This document shows, piece after piece, positions 25,976 to 36,359 of a stretch of DNA of 64,000 bases. Made by a program: the position numbers and the translations under genes. The stretch covers positions 9,176,001-9,240,000 of the forward strand of contig JBHGNT010000009.1 in NCBI GenBank assembly GCA_043228905.1, in the 5' to 3' direction. This stretch comes from Azolla caroliniana (Eukaryota; Plantae; Polypodiophyta). The notes under the pieces are model-generated. The model ran no database searches. It was not told where the DNA came from and saw only the letters and a program-made list of their open reading frames with translations. Numbering within the stretch: position 1 is the first letter of the stretch; each line of letters opens with the position of its first letter.

Positions 25976-27508
25976 ATATACATGATAGAACCACCCGAAT
26001 TTAGGTTAGAACCCCACCGCTTGTACATTTATATTGCAATATTATGTTTATCTTCTTGTACATTGATGTCCTAAAAGGTTGAGCACTTGGCACCGATCAA
26101 AAAAGGGAAGTCTCTACTCATTTCACTATTTCCTTGGTATTGAAACCATCCAAACTCCTTGTGGGTTCTTTCCTCTTGGTCGACGAGAATTTTAGGGAAT
26201 TTTTTTCAGCAAGCAAGTGGTTGCAAGTGAGGTTTGCTCATTGTTGTGAAATATGAACCCAAATATTTTGAGATAGCCAACCACAGGTTCCATGGTAAGT
26301 TTTTTAAACTTTTGATTATCTCAAAATGCTTTAGAGGTTAAAATTATGTTTTTGTTTATAGAGTTTTTCTACTTTCTCAGAATTTCATTTTTGTTTGCAA
26401 CGCTTTAGTTGGAGATAGATACAATCTATGAATTATTCTCTGATTCAATCCAAAACATCAAATCAAGACATAGCTTTAGCTTTATCCAATGCCATTTTGT
26501 TGAGGGATATACTGTGAAGAAGATTGTACTTGATATCTTTGCTAGATCAAGATTGTTCCATATCTTTGGAAATACATTCACACATTTTGTTTTTCCACCC
26601 TAGAGCAAAAAGCATTTGAAAGCATCAAAGTTATCATTTTTTAAAATTTAGAGCATAAAGTCATATATGTTTCGAACTCCACTATGGATGAAACCATTCA
26701 TACATGCAATAGTAATTAAATCTTCATTTACCTTCACGAGTGAAGCCCAATTTACATTATTCTCTCTTTTTCTTCTTTAGTTCAACTAGGTGTGCTTCTT
26801 CTTCTCCTTTCAAACATAATCCATATGCTAACATAGGCTTAATTGGTGTAATACTTGCCACCACTTTCAAAAAAGGGAAAGTGAACTATAACAAAGTAAA
26901 GTAATGGAATCATTGTTACAAAGTGCACCACTCAAAGACATTAAGAAAAACATGTCCTAACAAGCTACACTGGAGGAGCACGTGTTTCAAGTAAATGAAC
27001 CGGACCAAAACAAGAAACTAGTTGTTTTGGGAGGATATACTTCACGTGTTGTGACTCCCTTGATAACATGGTTATCACACATAAGAGGCATTGTTCTTAA
27101 AATGTTGATTTGTTGTCAACTACTAGGAACGTTTACATGGTGGTTCGTTTTGAAATATGCATCGGCTTTCAATAATTTAACGAACAATAAAGATTATTTG
27201 ATGGGTTAATAATGTCCTAACATGTGGGGAAACTTTTGGGAATCCATCGACTGGTTGACTATTATTTTATTATTGGGTATCTCTAAAATCATGGTAGTCA
27301 TGGTCCCTAATTAGTTTGACTAATATACATGACATTTTACCAAAAGAAATATTTGGATTACGAATAATAAAAACTTACCAAAATAGATCACTAGACTAAT
27401 GGTAAGTTACATTATGAGAAAGAACATGAAGACCTATTGAGTTGTGAAATTGTTGCATCATGGTACCACATATTATCATGAAGTTGTGATGCTGAAAAAA
27501 AACCATAT

Positions 27509-27740
27509 TGTGGTGTGCATGTGTTACTTTGTGCCTCCTTTTAGCACACTTTTTTAGCATGTATGCCTTCATGTTGTGGTGTGCATGTGTTGCTTTGTGC
27601 CCCTTTTTAGCACACCCTTTTTAGGATGCATGTAGCTAAGATAAGCCAACTCAAATGGGTACCTTTGTATCGAGTATAAATTGAGCTAGAAGTAAGAAGA
27701 TAAACAAGTTGGTTTGGAGTCTTCTTATGTGCATTTCACA
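27509..27740 (+). repeat. Gypsy-H-family LTR in inverted orientation
   Basis: Reverse complement of 49953-50186 (roughly 85-90% identical by eye). TGTG..CACA ends and an internal ~66-bp duplication. Confidence 0.92.
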
Positions 27741-27838
27741 TATTTATCGCGCCCATAGAGTGTTTGAAAGGGTTCATCCATGTTGATGCATGTACGGATG
27801 TATTGTGGGCATGGGTGACGAAAGGCAAGATTTGATCC

Positions 27839-28228
27839 TGTTGAGAGACAAGCTCAACATCGGCCGGATCGGCTGAAGAAGCCGAGGACCGGATCGGTTG
27901 GGACAAATCGGTTAGGCTGAGTGCGTAAACCGGGAGGTCGTTAGGAAAGATATTCCGTGAGGAATATATTTGGGAGTTAGTGTAGGGGCTCTTGATGAGC
28001 ATTGAAGTACTGTCAGTACTTCGGTCAGTCCTTTTAGGACTTGTATAAAAGTGCTCACTGAGCACGTCTTATGTACATAGAGATTGAGTATTATTGTGAA
28101 ATATAGTTTTCTGTGTTCTCTCTCTCTGTCTCTCCTGCGTATACCGTGTAAGCTCAAGCTCTCCATTAAACTTGTGTTTCCTTCCTCTGTTCTGTCTTCA
28201 TACCTGCTTCCGCACGCTACTTTCTACA
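27839..28228 (+). repeat. Copia-E 5' LTR
   Basis: Direct repeat of 33115-33504. Confidence 0.97.
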
Positions 28229-28300
28229 TGGTATCAGAGCGCGAGGGTTGAGAACCTCTCTGCAGCCGACACAGCTTGACGAAGAAGAACAAGAAGAACG

Positions 28301-31300
28301 ATGGATAGAGGCATGGCGAGCTCGCTTCCAACAGAGAAGCTCGACAGAACCAACTACGCGTCTTGGTCCTACAAGATGCACCAGTACCTGCTCGGGCATG
28401 GCTACTGGAGTTATGTCGAAGAAGCTAATGACGCGGCACCCGAATCGACACACAGAGACTTCCCGTCGTGGGAGCAATCAGCGAGCAGGGTACTATACTG
28501 CTTTGCATCGTGTGTGGGCGAACAGCTATTGAGCTATGTTCGGGATGCAAAGACACCGAAGGGTGCGTGGGAAAATCTGAAGAAGATTTTCGCCGCAAGC
28601 ACCACAGCCAGGAAGCTTCATCTCCGACAGGAGTTGAGCAACCTACGACAACACGACTTGTCGGTGGTGGACTATACCTCGAAGATCAAGGATATCTGCG
28701 ACTCCCTCGCCTCCATAGAAGTGAACATCGAGGAGAGCGAGATGGTCCAGATCTGTCTCAGAGGTTTGGCGTCAAAGTTCGGAGCATTCCGAACGGCTGT
28801 GTGTACCCGAGAGAATACGCCGTCTTTTTTCGACTTACAGTAGATGCTCCTGGTAGAGGAGAACCACGCGGGTGCGTCTACAAGCACGCACACCGACATT
28901 AGAATGTTGTATACGAAGGGAGATAGGCCCCGTGGACGTGGAGGACGAGGTGAGTCGGCACGCAATGGAGGCGGCCGACGAGATCAAGAAAGAAGGCACC
29001 GAAGTGATGCCGACAGCAACTCCGGACCCTCCGGAAACAGGGGGAGTCGAAGCGATGAGAACCAGCAAGGGAAGGCCATCGCGGAGTGCTGGTACTGTGG
29101 CAAGAAAGGCCACAAGGAAAGTGAGTGCTGGAAGAAGAGCGCCGATTCGGAGAGAACTGGTTCCGGGAACGGCTCCAAACATACCGACAAGGGAAATCGG
29201 CAGCGATCGCACTACGCCGAAGACTCCGGGAGAGCTGGAGAAGGTTCTGTCTTCGTGACGAGACACGACGCAAACTCAATGAAACAGACCACCCCGAGAT
29301 CGGACGAGGTGTGGTACGTGGACTCCGGCGTGTCAAACCACATGACGAGCCATAAGGAGTGGTTCTCGTACCTTGAAAAACCGATACAACCGGGAGTAGT
29401 CGCAATAGGAGACGACACTCCGCATCCGATCGCGAATGTCGGAGAAGTTCCCCTTAGCCATGTCGGGCAGAAAGGGAAACTCATGAACGTGTTGCACATT
29501 CCGACAATCACGAAGAACTTGGTCTCGGTCGGACAGATCGTCGACCAAGGGATGGAGGTTCGGTTTACACACCTCGGGTGCTTCATTGAGGAAGAAGGCC
29601 GTGTGATTGCGCAAGGGCGCAGAGACGGGAGGATGTTCATCCTCGACTCCACTGACGGCGGCACCGCAATGTTCGCGAAGGGACAAAAGACCGAGTCAGA
29701 CATCGACTTGTGGCACAAGCGGATAGGCCACGTCAACTACCAGCGGCTTCAAGATCTGCAAACGAAACAGGTAGTGTTCGGATTGCCCAAATTTAGTGGC
29801 CAAAAGGCACAAATTTGTGAAGCCTGCCAGCTCGGGAAGCAACATCGACTTCCCTTCCCCAACGAGCGAAACCGGAGCCGAAACAAGCTCGACCTTATAC
29901 ACTCCGATGTGTGGGGACCGGCACAAAACGTTAGTCTTGGCAGGAGCCGATATTTCATCTCCTTCATCAACGACCACACGCAACACACGTGGATCTACCT
30001 CATTGAGAGGAAGAGCGAAGTCTTCGACTGTTTCCGGGACCTCAAGGAGTTCGTGGAAACCGAAACGGGACGAAAGATCAAGTGCCTGCGGTCGGATGGC
30101 GGGAAAGAGTACTTTTCCGGTCAATTCAACGGTTATCTACAACAAATGGGAATTCGGCACGATTTCAGTTGTAGATACACCCCAGAGCAGAATGGCGTGG
30201 CCGAGAGAAAGAACCGGTTGATTGTGGAAGCGGCACGGGCAATGCTGGAGGAGAAGAGCTTTCCCAAGTTCTACTGGGCCGAGGCGGTAAGGACTGCGGT
30301 ATACATCCAGAACCGGATCGGAGACAAAGTGTCAGCGCACGAGCTATATTTCGGAATGAAGCCGAACTTGCGACACTTGAGGGTGATCGGTAGCATTGCG
30401 TATGTGCATGTACCGAAGGAGAAAAGGAGGAAACTAGACGGAAAGGCCGAGAAATGCATCTTGGTCGGTTACTCGGACGAGCAGAACGGTTATAAGTGCT
30501 ATAACCCTCGCACAAACAAGCGCGTGTCAGCCGCGACGTTGTGTTTGACGAGTCCGCGTCCTAGTACCTGCCCCTGACTCGGAACCCCAACTCCAATCCG
30601 AGCTCTGGCGATGAGGTCAGCGAGGCCGAGATGCCTCCGAATGAGCCCGAAATCGAGACCCGCGAAGAGAGTCCGATTTCACTCCGGTTAAGCAGACCGA
30701 TTGGACGACTGAGTCGGTACGACCAGTCCGATGAAGAGCCGGCGAGTAGTGGAGACTCGGCCGTGCATTCCCCGCGCAGGAAGCCGAGGAGACAGCTTAC
30801 GCGCAAAGAGAAAGGGAAGAAGAAGGTGTCGGATTCCGGCACGGAAAGGAACGAGTCAGACCGACGCGAGTCCGATTCCGAGGGAACCGGTGACAGGTCT
30901 TTAAAGATGAAGACCGCGTCGACCGAGAAGGCCTCGACATCGGCTAATGTGAGATTACGCCGATCTACCCGCCAAAAGAACCCAGTTGTGCGGTTCGGTT
31001 ACAACGAGTACATGGCGCATCATTATGCGTACATGACCCGTGTAGCGGAAGTGCGTGAGCCAGAGAGCTACGCAGAAGCGGCTAAAGACGCGAATTGGCA
31101 TGCCACGATGGAGGAAGAGATGCACGCATTGGTGGAGAACGAGACCTGGGACCTGGTTGACGCACCGAAGGGTGTGAAGCCGATCGGGTGTAGATGGGTG
31201 TACAAGGTCAAGTACAACACCAATGGCTCGGTCAACCGGTACAAGGCTCGACTAGTGGCAAAGGGCTACGCGTAGAAACACGGCATCGACTACGATGAGA

Positions 31301-33120
31301 CGTTTGCGCCGGTCGCGAAAATGACGATCGTCCGTGTTTTGCTGGCAGTAGCTGCGGCGAAGGGGTGGCACTTACATCAGATGGATGTAAAGAATGCGTT
31401 CCTGCAAGGTGACCTTGAGGAACAGGTGTACATGGTACAGCCCCCCGGATTTCACTTCGGAACGAACTCCTCGGCAGTATGCCGACTGAATAAGTCCCTT
31501 TACAGACTAAAGCAAGCCTCGCGTGCCTGGAACGCGAAGATCACGCAACAACTGCGTCGGATGGGCTTCGTCACGTCAAAATCGGACTCTTCCCTGTTCA
31601 TCCGGAAAGGTCGACTCGGACCAGTTAGTATTCTACTATATGTTGATGACTTGGTCATCACCGGCGCCGACCTAGGTGAAATCGACCACGTGAAGCTCCA
31701 GCTTGCGGCATCGTGCGACATGAAGGATCTGGGGGACCTTCATTACTTCCTCGGGATCGAAGTGGTCCGTACCCCCGAAGGCATATTGATCAGCCAACGT
31801 CATTACATGCTGAGTATGCTCTTCAAATTCGGGATGGCCAACTGTAAGTCCGTCTTGACTCCTCTGGACAGAACCGTCAAGCTTCGTCCCGATACGGGAA
31901 AGGTATGCGACCCGACGAGGTTCCGACAAATTGTCGGAAGCCTCATATACTTGACCATCACCCGACCCGACCTCAGTTATCCGGTCAGGGTGATCAGTCA
32001 GTTCATGGCGCGACCTACCGAGGAGCACCTTCAGTGTGCGCAACGCATACTTCGGTATGTCAACGGTACTAAGGACCGGGGACTACTATATCGGACCGGT
32101 GCAGCCGCGCAGTTAGTCGGCTACACCGATGCTGATTGGGCTGGCAACGCCGCCGATCGCCGATCCACGTCCGGATACGCGTTCTCCCTCGGGAGTGCTG
32201 CGATCGCGTGGAGCAGTAAGAAGCAGCCGACAGTTGCACTGTCGAGCACCGAAGCGGAGTACCGAGGAGCGGCTGTCGCGACATGCGAAGCCATATGGTT
32301 GAAGCGGCTACTTAAGGACCTACAAGAGGAGGTGTCAGATCCAACGACGATCTACTGCGACAACCTCAGCAGCATCCAGCTCGTGAAAAACCCCGTTTTC
32401 CACGCACGGACCAAGCACATTGAGGTGCACTACCATTTCGTTCGTGAGCGTGTCCTTTCCGGTGAAGTCGAACTTCAGTACGTTCCGACGGATCGGCAGG
32501 CTGCCGACATCTTCACCAAGCCTCTTGGTCTGGACAAGTTGCAGCAATTCTCAGGTGCGCTCGGGTTGCGTCACCTTGACGTGCCGAACTTGAGGGGGAG
32601 AACAGTCCCGAACGACCAAGCAAAGCAGCAGGAAAGGAGCGGACACCGCGACACCGAGTCGGTTGTCGAGTTCGACATTGGATCGGCTGAAGAAGCCGAG
32701 GGCGGACCCGCGGAAAGGTTCGGAAGCAGACATAAGGGGAGCAACCGAAGGAGAGAGCCGAAGCCAACCACGCATGAGGAGGATGACGCCATCAAGGGCG
32801 AGAAGACCGAAGACGAGTTGGAGACAGCCAACTCGGACGAGAGCAAAGACCGATCGGAGGTAGCCGAGTCGGTTCGGATGTTTGATTCGGACACACGGAA
32901 TCAACCGAGGCCCAAGCGGAAGAAAAGGCAGCAGAAGAAGCGTCAACACCGCAACAACAGAAGAGTTGATGAGGGCCACATGAGCAGACAAGCCGACCGG
33001 AAGGGTCGAAGTGCGCGGAGTCGAACAGGTCGAGGAGCGCGAGCGAGGCGTGAAGCCAGGAGGAACCGGTGTTGTGAAGATCCCAAAGAGCCTCAAGTTG
33101 AGCTTGAGGGGGAGTGTTGA
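28301..33120 (+). pseudogene. Copia-E gag-pol polyprotein, complete domain set with three lesions
   Basis: Gag, CWYCGKKGHKESEC, YVDSGVSN, HSDVWGP, LRSDGGKE, YVDD, YTDADWAG, YCDN, ADIFTK. TAG at 28841-28843, frameshift near 30515, TAG at 31273-31275. Confidence 0.95.
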
Positions 33121-33504
33121 GAGACAAGCTCAACATCGGCCGGATCGGCTGAAGAAGCCGAGGACCGGATCGGTTGGGACCAATCGGTTAGGCCGAGTGC
33201 GTAAACCGGGAGGTCGTTAGGAAAGATATTCCGTGAGGAATATATTTGGGAGTTAGTGTAGGGGCTCTTGATGAGCATTGAAGTACTGTCAGTACTTCGG
33301 TCATTCCTTTTAGGACTTGTATAAAAGTGCTCACTGAGCATGTCTTATGTACACAGAGATTGAGTATTATTGTGAAATATAGTTTTTTGTGTTCTCTCTC
33401 TCTGTCTCTCCTGCGTATACCGTGTAAGCTCAAGCTCTCCATTAAACTTGTGTTTCCTTCCTCTGTTCTGTCTTCATACCTGCTTCCGCACGCTACTTTC
33501 TACA
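33115..33504 (+). repeat. Copia-E 3' LTR
   Basis: Direct repeat of 27839-28228. Confidence 0.97.
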
Positions 33505-36264
33505 GATCCCAAGTTTTGTGGCATGGATCGATGTAAGTGGCAATCTCTTGCTTGAGGGTCTTGTTGAGGCGTTTGGTGAGGCCATTTGTCTACATATGGT
33601 ATGGGGCCAAAAACAACTGTTGGACACCTAGTTGAGCTGCAACGGCGTTGAGGACATCCCCAAGGGACTGACGGCCTTGATTAGATAATAGTTGGATGGG
33701 GTAACCATGCTAAAAAATTACCTTGTGCAAAAGTTGGGAGACGATTTGTTGGTGTAGTGACGTCAGGGATGACCCTAGTTTTAGCCCATCTAGTGAGGTA
33801 TTCGGTTATGACTAGAATATACTTGTTGCCCGTGGGGGTTTCAGGGAAAGGTCCCATGAAATCCCATTCGACGAGCTCGAAAGGCGATGTGACGGTGATG
33901 GGCTAGAGCGTTCCGGTGGGCTTGCATGCAAGCTTGATGTGTTGACACAAAGCACATTGTTTGATGTAAGTGGAGACGGAGTGCCACATGTTGGGCCAAT
34001 CATACCTGACGCGTAATTTTTCAAGAACCTTGTGGAAACCTAGGTGGCCCGACAATGGGTGGTCGTGATAAAATTGGACGTACGTTTGTTGTAGGGCATG
34101 AGGGATGTAGAGGCAAGACTCGTGATACGCCTAAATGAAGAACACCAAGTTATCGCTAAGCATGAACCGTCATTGATGGGTTATCTCTTGGATTGTGGGG
34201 TTGTGTTGCTTAAGTGTACGAGTTGTGGCAGCAACAGTGGAAGATCGGACGGCTCGAAGAGAAATTGGACAGCTACCTAGAAGTTGGCACAAGAGACACT
34301 ATCAATGACCAAATTTGTTACATCTTTCCAATAGGAGAGGGTAAATTGATAATCTTGGAGTGCCAACATCCATTGCAGCAAGAGACCCGAGGGGTAAGGT
34401 TGATAGATAAGAGAAAGCAAGGGTTGGTGGTCAGTCTCAACCATAACCTGTCCGCCATGAAGGTTTGCGTGAAAAAATTGGAAAGACCAAACAATCGCAA
34501 GTTGTTCCTTCTCGGTGGTTGAGTAGTTGCATTCAGCCGGTCCGGTGTAAAAGTTCGGCTAATGAAGGTGACTGCCTTTTCTTGTCCGTGGCAATCAACT
34601 TGTAGGATGAAAGCTCCTAACCCATGGTTTGAGGCGTCTATCTGCAACGTGAATGATTGGTCAAAAGTTAGGATGGGCGAACAACCCGATTCCTGGACCA
34701 TTGTTTTGAGGCGACAAAAGTTATCTTCACAAGCAGGATTCTAAACAAAGGACACATCTTTCTTCAAGAACTCGAAGTGGGGGAAAGTGACAAAGGCGAG
34801 GTTCAAGATGAATCGAAGGGAAAAGGTGATCATGCCCAAAAAAATTTGGAATGTTTTTATTGAGGTGAGGCGGGGGTAGTCAGTGATGGCAGCGACCTTT
34901 CCAGGGTTTATACAGATTCCGTCACCAAAGATGATGATGAAGCCAAGAAAATGGAGGTCGTTGTTTCCCCAACGACACTTCTTCCATTGGAGTTGCAAGT
35001 TCTGCTGAGTTATGCGAATGAGGACTTCAGCGAGAGTTTGTAGATGGTCCTCCCAAGTGGTAGTGCGGATAACGATGTGATCGAGATAAATGAGGGTGGC
35101 GAAGATGGAGTTGGCCATGCATTGGAATGTGTTGCTGGCATCAAATAGGTCGAACGGCATGAAGGTGAACTGGAATAGCAAGGTGTCAAAAGGCTTTAGA
35201 GGGATCTGCCAGTATCCCGAGGCTAAGTCGAGGGAGGTGAAATAACGGGAGCCACTGAGCTGATCCAAGAGGTCATCCACGCGAGGGAGAGGGTAGAGGT
35301 ATGGATAGTGACTTTGTTGAGAGGCTTGAAGTCGGTGCAAAAGCAAAAGGTGTCATCGTCTTTCTTGACAAGTTTGAGAGGAATAGCCTCGACCACAATC
35401 AAGACTCAAAAACTTTATGAAAACACTTACATCGAGGAGGCGACACAGGATGTTTACGTGGAAAAACCCTAATAGGGAAAAACCACAGGAGCCCATAGAC
35501 TCCAACTATCACTATATGAGGAAGGAGGTACAACAGGAGACTCAGAGGCAACAACCTCGAGCTCTATGTCTTCGCCAACCAACGGTTACAACAGAAACTA
35601 ATTTTGTACCTCACTCTCACTCTCTCTTTCTCACATTCTGTGTACAACGATGATACAACAACTACCACTACTAAAGTGATTGCCCTAAGTCATATTTATA
35701 ATTTTATTAATTTTGGGCTATTTACAAATATAGCCTCAATAGGCTCACCATGAAACATATTTACACATATATCCTTGGATCCGGTTTACACCGAATTCAC
35801 TCGATCCGGTTTCCGGTTCTCATACGGATCCCATCCGGAGGGACCGAATTCCCAACAAAGGTGGGGTTCTGAAACCCAATCGTTGGTGGAAGGAATGATA
35901 ATACCTTTGGCGAGCATGTCAATGATGGCAACATCGATGCAATCGTGGTCAAGGGGGGAAAATTGACGGGTACCCATGCAAATGGGGGTGGCGTCCCCAG
36001 TATGAATGGCATGTTGTACTGAGAAAGAGATAGTAGGAGCATGAGTGGGTTGGAGGGCTAATGACGGAAAACAATCTAACAATTGGCTGATGGAGATCAA
36101 TTGCTCCTATGGATTGAGGGCCACCTGGAGTTGGCTAAGGTGGGGGACAAGGGGGCTATTGTGTAGGAGGGGGGGCGGGGGAGCTCGTGGGACAAGAAGT
36201 TATTGGGCAGCAAAATCAATCATAGTGTGATGCTTGAGGAACCAATCACAACCTAAGGTGAGGG
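33505..36264 (-). pseudogene. Gypsy-H protease end, RT, RNase H and integrase (decayed)
   Basis: LGCDWFLKH, HAIHTGDATPI, YPLPRVDDLLDQL, LDLASGYWQI, LQIDASNHGLGA, HDHPLSGHLG, WDFMGPFP, TNGLTKRLNKTL. Confidence 0.88.
35375..35857 (-). mobile_element. Solo LTR of the Copia-A/G family inserted in the Gypsy-H RT
   Basis: TG..CCCAACA ends. TSD AAGTT/AAGGT (one mismatch); removal restores EPHLVKKDD. Shares conserved A/G LTR blocks. Confidence 0.88.
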
Positions 36265-36359
36265 TAGAGAGTAGTGGTGTGACTCTTGACCTTTGAGTAA
36301 TCATAGATTCTCAAGAGGTGTGTTCACACGTTGCCCTATGTTGAGCTTGATTCTCAACA
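36265..36359 (-). mobile_element. Terminal fragment of a Copia-C-family LTR
   Basis: Matches the last ~95 bp of 9226-9681 (tagagagtagtggtgtgac...gattctcaaca). Confidence 0.9.

Larger units (their letters stand above)
27839..33504 (+). mobile_element. Copia-E: young full-length Ty1/Copia element inserted in the Gypsy-H integrase
   Basis: 390-bp LTRs 27839-28228 and 33115-33504 (6 differences counted). TSD GATCC at 27834-27838 and 33505-33509. PBS tggtatcagagc at 28229. PPT at 33103-33114. Confidence 0.98.

Noticed and set aside
26004-27500. Possible gene or TE in the AT-rich spacer
   Set aside because: Only short ORFs and a weak TGGCACCG PBS-like word near 26088; no supportable domain or termini.
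28841-28843. Programmed stop-codon readthrough between gag and pol
   Set aside because: The stop lies before the zinc knuckle and paralogs have TCG here, so it is a point mutation.
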